A DNA stretch of 64,000 bases, from NCBI RefSeq assembly GCF_018350175.1, contig NC_058373.1:105464001-105528000 (forward strand), in the 5' to 3' direction. Made by a program: the position numbers and the translations under genes. The stretch is from Felis catus (lineage: Eukaryota). The notes below the pieces were generated by a model that worked only from the letters and a program-made list of their open reading frames with translations, was not told where the DNA came from and did not search any database. Of the stretch, positions 12,036-24,989 are shown one piece after another. Positions within the stretch are counted from its first letter, which is position 1. Each line of letters starts with the position of its first letter.

Positions 12036-13821
12036 CTTCACTTTTCTTCTCCGTAAAAGTCAAGACTGATCTGAAGATTAAAGAAATCTCCTTTTCAGAT
12101 TATCCAGGAATAGAATTTGGGAATTTGGGATTTTATCTTAGGAGAAGTACATTCAGAAAATATAAAAAGAAAAACAACAAAACTCCCAGCTGGAGTGAGA
12201 AATATCAAACCCTCACATTTTTGTCTGTAGCCAATTGGTGACTTTCCAGCAGAGTCTGTCTTTTGAAATCTCGTTTCCTCTCTCCAAAATTAAACCCTGG
12301 TTGTGTCTTAAAAGGAAAAGGCTCCACTGTTCTGTCCATCATGACTCTCTATAAACTTTCTTTCATGAAGGAAAAGGAGAGTATTTTTGAGAATCTTAGA
12401 ATAGCCAGCAAAGTGATTTCACAGTTGAATTCACATTCTCTGCATTCTCCCCTACAGTAATTCCTTAGCCTAAAATAAATTCTGTATTGATACCTCAGTA
12501 GCATCAGAAATCTTTGAGAACAAGAAGTCTCCACTGTCTGTTATAACACAATATGATATTCATAGAGTGTTTACATGTGGCCTTGAAGTTTCATATTATT
12601 AACCATAACTGATGATCACTTTGGTTCATCAGACTTTAGAATAGTGAAATGTTTGAGGATTTTAGCTATAAAGAGTGGGCAACCGGTATAGCTGAAGACA
12701 AAGTGTAACCAATCTATCTGTATGTATCATGTACATTCTCTGGACCTGCCAATGTTCAAGGAGCTATGGGGAATTCAGCAGATGACACAACCCCTGTCTA
12801 TGAAAAATTGGAGTCTGGAAAGAGATCCCGAAGCAAAAGAGGTTTAGCATGTTGTAGAAGCAGAGGTCTTAGCAGCAGTTGCAATAGCTAATAGGGAAAG
12901 GAAGGCCAGAAACAATTCTTAGATGTCAGAAGACATATATAACAGTAAAATATTAGAGTCTTACTTATAACATTCTTTGAATTTGCTTTTCAAATGACTT
13001 CAGCTTCCTTTTGGCATTATTACTTGTTGATCCCTTTTATATCTTGTGTCTGTCTCCTAAGGACCCTGGAGCTTCCATAATGAGTGTTTTCAAGTATCAT
13101 CAGTAATTACTACCCTCCTCACTTGATAGATCTGCTCTGCTATAGGGCAGGTGAGGGGTTAGTAGAGATCACCACTATCAAAAATAATTAGCCATTTAGC
13201 TAGAGGAGAAGGCTTAGTGACCTAACTCTGGACCTTACCCATCCAGGTGGGATCAGGAGCTCTATTCTCTAGGGGGCCTATATTAGCCTTTTTGTCTCAG
13301 AACCAGAGTTTGCTATTTGTGTCTTTTGGCTAAGAATTTTTTCTTCTCTCAAAAATCTTTTGGAAAGTCATTAGAGTCCCAGCTGGGAGAAGCATACCTG
13401 ATTTTGGAGGGATAAGTGTACTTGCCTTTTTCATTAGGGTACTCAGTGATGTTTTCCTATAGTTCCTCTTAAGCAGTACTTGGTTTCCTGGTTTAACTGC
13501 TCCAACGGAGATGTCTATGGATCCCCAAATAGCTACATAGTCATTCCTGCAAGAGCAGTGAACAAGGATAACAATGGGCCCCATGTGGGACATCTGGAAG
13601 GGGAGACATGCCATATGTATTGAATCTCCCAAGAACAGAGAAAATGAAGAGTGGGGTTACATAGGAACCCCAAATTGAAAGACATAAGAGCAGACATGCT
13701 GAGATACAATAGCTCATTTAGGATAAAGCTGTCTCTCATATGGACATTTCTATCTAAGGTGCTCCAGGATGAGTAGTCACAAGTACTTATTTAATGAACA
13801 TTACTAATTTTTTAAAGTGAC

Positions 13822-14396
13822 ACCTTTTAATAGAAATAAAATATGCATGGCACATGTTATTTAAAATTAGTAGTCACACTAAAAAAGTAAAAAGAAATGA
13901 ATGAAATTAACTTTCATAATGTACTTTATTTAACCTAATGTATCTAAAATATCATTTTAGCATGCAATCCGTATAAAAATTATTAATGAAAGGAGCCTTG
14001 GTGACTCAGTTGGTTGAGTGTTCAACTTGATTTCAGCTCAGGTCATGATCCCAGAGTCGTGGGATCGAGCCCAGAGTCAGGATCTGTGCTGACCATGGAG
14101 CCTGCTTAAAGATTCTCTCAATCTCTCTCTCTCTCTCTCTCTCTCTCTTCCTCCCTCCCTCCCCCCTTCCTCCCTCTGCCTCCCTCTCCCCCACTTGTAC
14201 ATGCACGCTCTCTAAAAAAAATAAATCTTAAAAAAATTTAAAATTATTAATGAAGTCTTTTACATTTCTTTTTGGTCTAGGTATTCAAGATTTGATGTAA
14301 AATTTACAATTATAGCACATGTCAGTTTGTTCTAGCTGCATTTCACATACTCCATGGCCATGTGTGGCTCACGGCTTCTGTATTGAATGGTGTCAC
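13822..14396 (+). mobile_element. MER33 (hAT-Charlie MITE), interrupted by a SINE
   Basis: AATAGAAAT..., AAAAAAGTAAAAAGAAATGAATGAAATTAA, TTTATTTAACCTAAT and GGCCATGTGTGGCT...TGTATTGAA match the recalled MER33 consensus. Confidence 0.85.
13991..14239 (+). mobile_element. CAN-SINE, older subfamily, inside MER33
   Basis: tRNA-like head, (CT)n, A tail; 15-bp TSD AAAATTATTAATGAA at 13976-13990 and 14240-14254. Confidence 0.93.
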
Positions 14397-16156
14397 TTTA
14401 GGCTTAATATGCCAGGTGGTCTTCTTTATGAACAAAGTGTTTTATTTTTTAAACCTGCATTACTGAACAGCGATAACCAAAAAATTACTCCCCCAACCAA
14501 CCAAATAAATAAAAGAGTATTAAGAACAGTCAGCTGGATTCTCACCAAATTTGAATTTGTTATAATGGGGTCCAGAGGCAGGACTTGGTGAGACAGTCAA
14601 TTCTCCACAGAAGCTTTGGTGAAGATTTTGTGATTAAATCACCCCACCGGTTCGACTCTATATGGTGTGCTCCTGGGTGACAATAGCAATGTATTAATTT
14701 ATTGTCAGTTAGAGGTTCTTGTAAGTGAAAGAGGGAGGATTGGCTAGTGTTTTCGATACTCAGGCAGCCACATAGGTCTTTCACACTGGGACAGACCACT
14801 GGGAGAAGAGCTAAGTCAAATTTATTTTCTTTTCTGCACTGAGATTTAACCCATATGGTTTGGTCTGTCAACCAAGGTCTGTGTGCCACAGTGCCTTGGC
14901 TGAAGGATGGCACATTGTTGGAATCACTTGAGGGCTAGAAATAGTGAGGGGATTTGGAATAAAGGAGGTTTAAAATAGAAAGAAAAATGACTGTTGGCTT
15001 GCTATCCCTGTCTTCCCCCATACCAAAATAAGCAAAGTGGGTATTTTGAACTTATTTTAAAAGCAGTTAGGAACAGAGGAATCTTAGTGGGCAAGCTGTT
15101 ACAGCACTAATTCACCAGACACGATTGTTCTTCCTTAGAAAACCCAGATAAAACAAAAGGATACATTTGGTTTTTCTATTGCTGCTGAGTGAGTATGATT
15201 TCTAACAAGAAGTGAACCCCACTTATAGGTAAAATTTTGCTTTTGCTTTAATAGTGAGTTTATATAAAACTGGAGAATTCAGAAAAGTATAAAGAAAAAA
15301 TATACTCATTATCTCACTTTCCAGTGATGTAAATATACGGCTCTTGAGTTGGAGTCATTATTTCCTCGAGGTTTTTTTTTGTCCACAAGTGTGAATATAT
15401 TTAAAAGAGTTGGCATGATGAAGAAATTTGTGTTCTTTTATACTTGACATAGATAGCATAAATATGCTTTAAATCATTCTTTATAAACTATACTTTTACA
15501 GAATGTGCTGTATGACAATGTAGTCATTCTTTCCCTTGTTGGACTTGTTAGAATTTTTAAAAATATTTTTTAAGTGATGTGGAGAACAATTTTAATTTAC
15601 TCCATTGAAATCTTAAATAGCTTGGTTCCAAATCAGTATTGGCATTTACAGTAAAATAATAAGCTGTAAGGTGAAGATAAAAGAAAGAGTATTTTAATTT
15701 CATAACCCTTTACCTTGTATCCAGGACTTACCACTGAAGCTGAGTTGCGCTGTGTCTTAAATAAAGCAACCAACAATTGTGTGCAAATCAATGAGAACTT
15801 TTTTTCTGGCGCTAGGCTTTTGGGGTTATTGGATACAATGATGGTGGACAGTATATGGCAAGAGAAAAGCATACCCTCTGCATTCCAAATTGTGACATGT
15901 TCTGCCTCATATTCAGGAGATATCTAGCTGGTGGTACTTATTCTGGCAATGGCCTTCGATTCCTAGACGTACTTTTTCCTCGGAAAAATTGCTGATGACA
16001 TTGACTAAATGGCAAGAGACTTTATTTACTTTCTAGTTTTGTATTATATAAAATTTCAAATAGATACCAAGTGAACAATAGTATAATGATAGTCATGTAC
16101 CCATCATCCAACTGCAACAGGTATCAGTAGTGTGCCATCCTTGCTTCACCTATACT

Positions 16157-16394
16157 TTTTTTTTTAACGTGTATGTCTTTTGAGAGAAAGAGCATGCACG
16201 TATGCAAGCACTGGAGGGGAAGAGAGAGGGGTGACAGGCAGATAGAATCTCAAGCGGGCTCCCTGCTCAGTGCAGAGTCCAATGCAGGGCTCGACCCAGG
16301 ACTCCAGACTGGGCTCCATGTCACAAACTGAGAGATCATGACCCTAGCTGAAATCAAGTCAGATGCTTAACTGACTGAACCACCCAAGTGCCCC
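16157..16394 (-). mobile_element. CAN-SINE, older subfamily
   Basis: TSD GCTTCAC(C/G)TATACT at 16143-16156 and 16395-16408. Confidence 0.92.
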
Positions 16395-16564
16395 GCTTCA
16401 CGTATACTCTTATCCTCTCCCCAGACCTCCTACTTAGTACACTTCTATTACTCATATACCTATAGTGATATAGAACATTTTTATCTCCCCCGAAAATTCC
16501 CTCATGTCCCTTCCCATGAAATTCTCCTGCCCGCCTCCCTTTCCCAAGGAGGAACCATCATTCT

Positions 16565-16788
16565 TCTTCTTTTTTTAAATTAATGTTTATTTATTGTTCA
16601 CACACACACACACACACACACATCATGAATGGGGGAGGGGCAGAAAGACAGGGAGACAGAATGTGGAGCAGGCTCCAGGCTCTGAGCTGTCAGCACAGAA
16701 CCTGACATGGGCCTCGAACTCAAGAGCCCTGAAATCATGACCTGAGCCGAAGTCAGCTGCTTAACTGACTGAGCCACCCAGCTGCCCT
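16565..16788 (-). mobile_element. CAN-SINE with (CA)n linker
   Basis: SINE body; degenerate TSD AACCA(T/C)CATTCT. Confidence 0.92.
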
Positions 16789-17342
16789 GGGCAACCACCA
16801 TTCTGATGATCTTCACATTAGACTTGCTTTGCCTATTTTAGAATTTCATGTAAATGAAATCATGTGGTACATTCTGTTTGTGTGCAGTTTCTTTCACTTA
16901 GTAGTACGTCTGTGAGCTTCATCCCTGAGGTTGCGTGTTAGTAGTTTGTTCATTTTTGTTGCTGAATAATAGTCTGTTGTAGAAATAGACTACAATTTAC
17001 TTATGCTTCTACTAACGGACATTTGGATTCTTTCCTGTTTGGAGCTATGAGCATTCTTGTATAAATGTTAGTGTGAACATGTTTTCCATTCTCTTGGGTA
17101 AACATGTCAGATTGGAATTTAAAAGGTAGCATATTTTAAAAGTAGGTGTACTTTGACTTGATAAGAAACAGCCAATCATTTTTCCATTCTTTCCAGTCCT
17201 GCATGATGGTTCTGGTTGTTCCACATCCTTGCCAACATTTGCTATTGTCAGTCCTTTTAATTTTGGCCATGGTGGTGGGTGTATTGTGGTATCTTGTGGT
17301 GTTATTTTGAATTTCCCTGATGATAAACAGTATCAAGCATTT

Positions 17343-17369
17343 AAAAAAATTTTTTTAATGTTTATTTAT

Positions 17370-17423
<54 letters not shown>

Positions 17424-17596
17424 CAGAGAGCAAGCAGGGAAAGGGGCAGAGAGAGAGGGAGACACAGAATCAGAAGCAGGCTCCAGGCTCTGAGCTGTCA
17501 GCCCAGAGCCCAACTTGGGGCTCGAACCCACAGACAGCGAGATCATGACCTGAACCGAAGTCAGACACTTAACTGACTGAGCCACCCAGGCGCCCC
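17343..17596 (-). mobile_element. CAN-SINE
   Basis: 12-bp TSD TATCAAGCATTT at 17331-17342 and 17597-17608. Confidence 0.96.
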
Positions 17597-18254
17597 TATC
17601 AAGCATTTTTTTATGGTCTTATTGCCCATTTGTGAGGCGTCAGACTGTTCAGCAAAGATTTCTAAACCTTAGTTCGAATCAGAACCCTTAGTTCAGATCT
17701 ACTGGAATAAGCTCATGTCCTAGGCACTATTTCTTTGTGCCAGGGTTTAGGCTAGAAGTATATTTCTCCAAGTAGGATGTATAGGAAAGCTCTGTAGGAT
17801 CACACTTTGCTTCTGGGCCTTGTTATAGATTTTTTCCTCCATTTGTATCCCTCTTTCAATTCTCTGGAAGCACTCATTCCCTAGTACTTGCCTTCTGTGA
17901 CTTCTACTTTGTCTAGGATTGTGATTCCCTTTGCTTTTGCTCTGTCTACTTAGTACAAGTTTCACTGGGAAGAAACCATTGCCAAGCTCCTTAATGCTAT
18001 GTAGCATTAACTCATAATACATTTGTCTCTCAAAATGCCCACTAAGAACTCAGGATCCTATTCTAATCCAGTGCCATGAGAACTAAAAATACCTCAAATA
18101 ACTCTATTTTGAAACATTGGAATTGAGTCAAGGAGTAATATATTTTGGTATTACAATGTGACACCAACCTTATTCATAGAAACTTAAGAGCATTTGGAGA
18201 GAAGTTGTGATTTATATCTAAATCACTATGCTTATGCTGTAAGCATAAGCTAAA

Positions 18255-18458
18255 AAATGTTCCTCAAACTCTGGTGAAAAAGAAGATTTAAAAAATTTCC
18301 AATCCAACATGGACCAATGCTTCTATAAATAAAAAGTGTTGTAGCAAGGTCAACTTGCTATGAAGGTTTCTATACACGTATTTTCAGTTTCTCCTCCCAC
18401 ATGGTTAAGAGCTTATAGACTGCGACCAGTCTGCAGGCCACTCTTTGACCAGCCCTGA
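18255..18458. mobile_element. Probable hAT-Charlie MITE remnant
   Basis: TIR-like ends TGTTCCTCAAACT and GGCCACTCTTTGACCAGCCCTG. Confidence 0.4.
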
Positions 18459-18469
18459 TTCACAGGACT

Positions 18470-18942
18470 GACTTGGAGCCAGATTGTTAAGTGTGAACAC
18501 TGACTCCGTCACTCATTAGCTGGGTGGCCTTCAGGAAGGTTTTTGTATTCATTTTCTTTTTTTTTTAATTGTTTTTCTTCAACGTTTATTTTATTTTTTG
18601 GGACAGAGAGAGACAGAGCATGAACGGGGGAGGGGCAGAGAGAGAGGGAGACACAGAATCGGAAACAGGCTCCAGGCTCTGAGCCATCAGCCCAGAGCCC
18701 GACGCGGGGCTCAAACTCACGGACCGCGAGATCGTGACCTGGCTGAAGTCGGACGCTTAACCTACTGCGCCACCCAGGCGCCCCTCATTTTCTTATTTGT
18801 AAAATGGAGATGATGGTGACGATGATGATGATGACGACGACGACATCTACTGCATAGGACTGTGGTGAAGATAAATGAGTTAATACATGAAAAGTGCCTA
18901 GCACACTGTATAAGCACTGTATAAGGGTTAGCTATTATTATC
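18470..18942 (+). mobile_element. MIR, interrupted by a SINE and a (GAT)n(GAC)n run
   Basis: Core ...TTATTTGTAAAATGGAGATGAT and tail GATAAATGAGTTAATACATGAAAAGTGCCTAGCACA. Confidence 0.8.
18559..18784 (-). mobile_element. Young CAN-SINE (SINEC_Fc)
   Basis: Near consensus; TSD TCATTTTCTT at 18549-18558 and 18785-18794. Confidence 0.97.
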
Positions 18943-18961
18943 ATGATCATCTCCTAAGTCC

Positions 18962-19330
18962 TCTATCAGCCAGGGCACTTGTAGTTACAACTAACAGAAA
19001 CCTAGTTCAAGTTAAACAAAAAGAGTATGTTGGTATTTTAACAGGTGCTCATAATGATGGTATCTCAATCTGATACTTCTTTCTTCTGTGTTAGCTCTAC
19101 TCTCAGATGGGCTCTCCCTGTGGGTGCCAAGATGGCTTCCATCTTAGCAACCCAGTGGAAAGGGAGTCCTACCTTCCTAGTTTTCCACAGTGTTGGTTAT
19201 TACTTTCACTGGCCTGGATTAGCTCATGTTACGAGCCCACCAGGACCACAAAAACTAGGAGTTCGAGACAGGCAATCTGAAGCAGAATGCAGTGCTGTTC
19301 CCAGAATGAGGGAATGGTTGTTTTCGTCAA
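18962..19330 (-). mobile_element. MLT1 (MaLR) LTR remnant
   Basis: Antisense MLT1 end (GTTACAACTAACAGAAACC), CAAGATGGC motif, CTGGCCTGGATTAGCTCATGT. Confidence 0.6.
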
Positions 19331-20218
19331 AAGATTGAGTAACTGGGTTAGAATCTACTAGCTCCTTCAGATGTATAATGGTTTTGATTTATGGTGAAAC
19401 TTTTAGGAAAAGATGCTCCGCAAGAGGAGAATACTATTTCTTCCTTGGAAGAAACTTCCAGCATATGATGTAGAAGGGTGTATATAATGACATAATAAAA
19501 ACCATGATTTGAGTCTTCTAAAACGTGGTCTTCTTAACAGCAGGATACAGTGTGTTGGAAATATTTAGTAAAAATGCACTTATAAAATTAGCCAACATAA
19601 ACCCAAAGAACCTAACCTACCACCAGTAAGAAATTTACATAGTCCTATCATGGAAAAGCTGAGTCCAGTGGTCACATATGGGGCACCTGCAATCTGAGGG
19701 GAAAGAAGACATCAACATTTTGCTTAGATCATATGAGAAGGTGGGGTGCCTTTCCATTGCATCATTTGTTGGGGAAAGTCTGTACTGAGAACTCTATTGG
19801 GTTTTTTTGTGTGATGTGATTGAGGAAATGATCAGCATTATGAATGTTCTTCTCATTTGTGCCCTTAACACTTGCCAGGTTATGAGAGGTTGGGAAGCAA
19901 TTGGTTGATGCAGGGTATGGAAACTTAGTTTATGTCTCTGCATGCAGATGGCTAGGTCATGGAAACTTTTTGAAAAGATGGGATTTATTGAGTGGCTTTC
20001 TTAGATCAAGGGCTTTTGGGGATTAAGGGGCTTTGAGAGACCCAATTTATTGGGTCCCAGGGATTCATAAGATTATACTTTCTTACTGATGAGAGAAGAA
20101 ATCTGAATACATTCACCTTAAAACTGTGAGGGGAAAAAAGTCAAGGCTTGCTGATATGGTTAAAGAAGTGTAGGTATTTGTGTTCAGGCACCATGAATAG
20201 GTACTATACTCATTTTTC

Positions 20219-20433
20219 TTTCTTTTTTTTTAACATTTATTTATTTTTGAGTCAGAGAGAGACAGAGCATGAACGGGGGAGGGGCAGAGAGAGAGGGAGA
20301 CACAGAATCGGAAGCAGGCTCCAGGTTCTGAGCCATCAGCCCAGAGCCCGACGCGGGGCTCGAACTCACGGACCGCAAGATCGTGACCCGGCTGAAGTCG
20401 GATGCTTAACCGACTGAGCCACCCAGGCGCCCC
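20219..20433 (-). mobile_element. Young CAN-SINE
   Basis: 14-bp TSD TATACTCATTTTTC at 20205-20218 and 20434-20447. Confidence 0.97.
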
Positions 20434-20919
20434 TATACTCATTTTTCATTGCCGAATTGCTCTGAACTCCACAGAATCACAAAATTTAAAGAAGGACATG
20501 GCTATTTAATAGAGATAAAGCCCCATTTGCTGACTGATACCACAAAATTTGATCCATTAGAATCCTACTTTAAATTTCAACAACTATCTGTTGGAGTATA
20601 AACCTCAGAGTGTATCCCAATTATCAAGCATCCCCATTCAGGATACCCTAATTTAAAAAAGAAATGCTTGAGTCAAATTTCAAGTCTGTCTACCAAAATG
20701 AAAAATATCTCTGGAATTTTGGGGATCATTATGTGAATTTCAAATGACCTATAAAGAAAGCCAAACTCTGGGAAATGTTTGCATCAATCTAGCTTTGTGA
20801 TGCAAATTAGAAGTAATGAAATTAAATATGCATTACACCAATAGCACTGGAAACACGACATAGGAGTTGAGTTGGGCCCAGACTGAAAATATTGAGTGAT
20901 TTTCAAGCATGGTTTAAGA

Positions 20920-21092
20920 CCCCTTGCTACTCAAAGTGTGGTCCATGGACCAAGCATCATAGGTATAACCTAGAAACTTGTTAGAAATGTAGAATCTCAG
21001 CCTGTCCTCCTTTCCCACAGACCTACTGATTCGGGATCTGCACTTTAATAATATCATCAATAATTCCAATGCATTTAATGTTTGAGAAATTT
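20920..21092. mobile_element. MER5A/B-type hAT-Charlie MITE
   Basis: CTACTCAAAGTGTGGTCC...TTGTTAGAAATGTAGAATCTCAG...AGACCTACTGA...GTTTGAGAA. Confidence 0.85.
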
Positions 21093-21096
21093 CGGA

Positions 21097-21097
<1 letters not shown>

Positions 21098-21144
<47 letters not shown>
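21098..21144. repeat. (TG)n microsatellite, about 23 units
   Basis: Read directly from the sequence. Confidence 0.98.
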
Positions 21145-21147
<3 letters not shown>

Positions 21148-21769
21148 CACATTTGTTGTTGTTTTTATCAGACACCTAGGATGATGATTAAAACTAAATT
21201 TTTATGCCCTACCCCATTACTGAATTAGAGTGGAAGACTGTATAAATCTGCAGGGAATTCTGTTCAATGGTCTGATGTGAGAATTTCTAGTTAGTCTCTT
21301 AAAGGGGATTCTCATCAATTTGATTAAAATTCGTTAACAATTAACACCAGACCCCTGTGTGATTTTATGGAGGTAAAATTGATCGAACTGTTTTAGGAGC
21401 TGCTTCTATATTACTGCTAAGATTATATATTTTTGAATACTTAACAAGTAATATTTTACTGGTGTTATCAGTAAAAACTCATGTGACTCCCTCCTGTCCC
21501 TCTATACATATTTTTATGGATTTCTAATTCTGTGGTGTCTAATGGAGAAAAAATTTGGGATGCTTTGGTCATCATGGGACTGCTTTGATCACAGCCATTT
21601 GGATACATGTGTATCTTTGCTTCTAGATTATAAAGTAGGCACTACACTCTATTATGAGTTATTTTGCAAGCTATTATAAATAACTTGAGGAAGAAACTAT
21701 TAAAGATACTGAAGTACAACTTCTGGAGTCTCAAAGCATGGGGAAGAGAGATCCTTCCTGATTAATCCA

Positions 21770-23330
21770 GAAAATTGGGGAACTGAGCTTGATGTTGGGG
21801 AGGACATTTCAGACAGAGGAAGCATGAGTAGAGACTCAGAGGTGGAAAAGTATAGTGGATGTTCATGGGATAAAGACCAGTCTAGTTTGGTGGTTGCATA
21901 ACAGGGTATAAATGAAGTCGATGTGGTGTCTAAAGCTTAGAAAATAAGTTAGGGTCATTGTTTGGTGAGTATTAAACAGTAGGATGAGAAGCTTGGACTC
22001 CACTATTTGGGCATTTGAGAACTAGAAGTTTTGGAGAGTGATATGACCAGACCTCTGTCTTTGGAAGATCTATCTGATAAAAAAGAGGAAATGGAGGAAG
22101 GAAGACACTGAGAGATTATGAAAGCAATGGCAGTGAGAATGGAAAAGAGGAAACAGATTAAAGGCCCACCAAGGATTTGAGATGTGGTGGTAGTAGTAGA
22201 GTAAAAAGAAGGGGAGAGAATGTGAGAAATGTTGGGGAAGATCTATAGGATTTGACACTCTCTTCGATCTTGAGGGCTAAGTATTGTGAGATGACACGTT
22301 AACTCTAGATGAATGGAAAAATCGCGATACCATTAATAGAAACTGGAAAATCTGAGCAAAGATTTTGTTAGTTTAACTAGTATTGCTCCTTAGAAGATGA
22401 TGGTTGGAAATGTTTGGTTGCCAGATGGAAATGTAAGTCTAGAGCCAAAAAATTACTGACCTACAATATGATAACGGAAGCCACTGCAGGGGAGAAACTC
22501 ATCAAAGGAGGGAGTGCCAGTGGAGCAGTGATGAAAATCAGGGGTCATCCACACTTAGGGATGAGAGGAAGAGAAAAAATCTTAGAGGAGATCAGAGGTA
22601 AACCATAAAGGTTGGAACAGGATGAGGGACTGCTGCATTTTGAAAGTCAGAGGGAGCTTTTCAAGATGAAGCAGGTGGGCAACAGTATTAAATAGTACCA
22701 CCAAATTAAGAAGGATCGGCCATGAGATAAGACAGTCAGAAAGAAAAGGTGGTTAAGTGGCTGTGGGTGACCATGGAGGGAAGCAGTTTTAGGAGAGCAG
22801 TGGGGACTGAAGTCAGATCACAAAGACTTAAAACAATGAGTGGGTCTTTCAGTTGTGAAAGCAAAGAGCAGATATACTTTTCTTAAGGAGCTTGTGGTGA
22901 GGGAAAGGGGAAATAGAGAAAAGGAGGAGGTAGTAGGACTACAGAATTGATAGTTTTTTTGAGTTTATTTACCTACTTTGAGAGAGAGACAGAGACAGAG
23001 ACAGAGAGGGCACACATGTGTGAGCAAGTGGGAGAGAGGCAGAGAGAGAATCCTAATCAGACTCCACAGAGCCAGTGCAGAGCCAGAGATGGGGCTTGAT
23101 GTCACAGACCATGAGATCATAACCTGAGCCCAAAGCAAAAGTCAGATGCTTAACCAAGAGAGTCACTAGCTGCCCCTTGATGCAGTTTCTTAAATGAAAT
23201 AACTAGAGTTTATTAGAAGTCTGGACCCAATAGTGGGGAAGAAACTGATATAATCATGCTTCAGGTAATTTATAGCACATAGGTATCAGGAGGCTGAGAG
23301 GAAGTGGGAAAGGATGCGATGAAACACAGG
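21770..23330 (-). mobile_element. L2 LINE remnant, interrupted by a SINE
   Basis: Long purine-rich stretch with antisense L2 motifs (GGACATTTCAGACAGAGGAAGCATGAG, GAAGCTTGGACT, GAGAGTGATATGACCAGA, GAAGTCAGATCACAAAG). Confidence 0.7.
22953..23176 (-). mobile_element. CAN-SINE, old and diverged
   Basis: (GA)n linker and ATGAGATCATAACCTGAGCC...GTCAGATGCTTAAC. Confidence 0.88.
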
Positions 23331-23669
23331 CTGAATGTGGTTTCTCCTTCAGAGACAAGCTGATCTCAAAGAAAGTCTCCCTGCTCTCAAGGATTCCAGC
23401 CTAGTAAGAGGGATTAGAAGTGCCCCAAATAAGGCACAGAAGGGCTTCACTACATGTTATACAGACCCTCTTCTGCCCTATATTCCTGAAGATTCTTTTT
23501 CTGTCTTTGCATCCAAAGCCATGAGTAGCATACATTGATTTATACTCTTCTGAGTCATAGATGAGACAGAAGCTCCTGTCTGTCTCTGGCACTTTAGTGG
23601 GCTTTTCTATTTTTTTTTCCAGTGTTGTGATAGTTTGTGTGATAACAGAGACCTGAGCTTGCAGGGGGA

Positions 23670-23850
23670 AGTGATGGATCGAATTCAATTTATGTAAATT
23701 GCGAAAAGTTAGCCCATTTCTCTGTGCCTCAGTTCTGCTCATCTGTAAAACGGAGGGTGGTGGCTACTTCCAAAAGTAGTCATGAGCATTTAACGGGAAG
23801 ATGGATGGACGGAGTACCTGGCACATACATTCATGTCAGTAGGCATTCTA
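23670..23850 (+). mobile_element. MIR
   Basis: Core CTCTGTGCCTCAGTTCTGCTCATCTGTAAAACGG. Confidence 0.75.
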
Positions 23851-24259
23851 CAAAGGCTCTTTGAGAGGAGATTCAGTGAATTCCGAGGTGTTATGTCTGT
23901 TTCTCACCCCTGCGGGAAGCGGGGGTAAACATCTTCTTTGACGATGTCCCTCTTGAAGATTGATCCTATTGTCTCTTGCTGGATCCCTTTCACCTCCAAC
24001 AACTGTTGCTCCTCCTGTTTCCCTTCCCTTTGGGTGGCACTCTCTTTCCCTGTGCTCTTATTGCTCTCATGTTGCACATTCTGAAATTGTCACCAGTTCA
24101 CTGTTCACGATGAACTTGTTGACCTTCTGAAGAATGTTTTCATTTTAGGAGAAGAAGGTGGGAAGCGTGGAATGCTTGACACCGGGCACCAAAAATGCTC
24201 GCGAGAAGCAGAATTTTCACATCAGCCGCTCAATCACATAAAAACACTGCCACCGTTCC

Positions 24260-24415
24260 CATACGGGCCAAACCTGCAAATGTATCTTGAGCATCACCTG
24301 GGAGCTTGAAATAAATGCAGATTCTCGGGCCTCATCCAAAATCTCTAAATCAGAATCTGTATGTTAAGATCACTGGGGGATTTATGTGCACGTTAAAGTC
24401 TAAGAGGTAATGGTT
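24260..24415. mobile_element. MER5-type MITE
   Basis: ATCACCTGGGAGCTTG...AAATGCAGATTCTCGGGCCTCATCC...AATCAGAATCTG. Confidence 0.75.
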
Positions 24416-24880
24416 TAGGGAAAGAGCTGTTTTATAAGGTGGTTGTAAGGATTTCATGAGAAAGCAGGCACAGAGTATCTAATACATGCAGGTGTGTAAG
24501 TGGGTGCTTAATAAATATTCTTGGTAAATCCCGAGAGGGCAGAAGGAGGCGTCTGTCTCCAGGGTCAGTAACGCGTAAGGCAGACAAAGAGAAAGAAAAA
24601 GCAATGTAGCACGCTTTAGCGTACTAACAAAGGAGGATTTTTTTTTTTTTTTTTGGTCTGTTTGTTGTTCTGCCAGGGGAAAGGAAAATAATAAAGACAG
24701 AGGAAGGAATGAAGGAGTAAGTGGCATGCAAGAGTGAGAAAATATGGAATGGAAAAAGAAGGCACTTAGGAATGAAATACCTTGAGGTGGTGAAAGAAGA
24801 AGTAAACAAGGGGTGAAGGGCTCTTAAAAGGCACACTGGTGAAAATTTGGACGAGGGGAAAAAAGTAGATTTCTCCAGGT

Positions 24881-24989
24881 GGGCGGGGAGGTGTGCGTGT
24901 GTGATGTATAGAGGGAGACAGCCAAACCCAAGTGATTTAGCAGAAGGCTGGCTCAAAAAGTTTAACAGCCTTCGTGTAACATGGTAAGT
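24881..24989 (+). promoter_or_regulatory. Candidate alternative promoter and short first exon ending ATG|GTAAGT
   Basis: GC box GGGCGGGG at 24881-24888, TATA-like TATAGA at 24907, ATG at 24981-24983 with A at -3, directly followed by consensus donor GTAAGT; unique sequence in a locally CpG-richer zone. Confidence 0.4.

Larger units (their letters stand above)
16025..17635 (-). mobile_element. Ancient L1M (MB/MC/ME-type) 3' fragments hosting three SINEs
   Basis: AGAACATTTTTATCTCCCCCGAAAATTCCCTCATG, TAGAATTTCATGTAAATGAAATCAT and CCACATCCTTGCCAACA; the minus ORF 17136-17336 (TTRYHNTPTTMAKIK...KCWQGC) resembles the ORF2 C-terminus. Confidence 0.8.

Noticed and set aside
15633..15927. Overlapping ORFs in unique sequence with a minus-strand GTAAGT donor near 15731
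   Set aside because: No recognisable protein similarity and no matching acceptor found.
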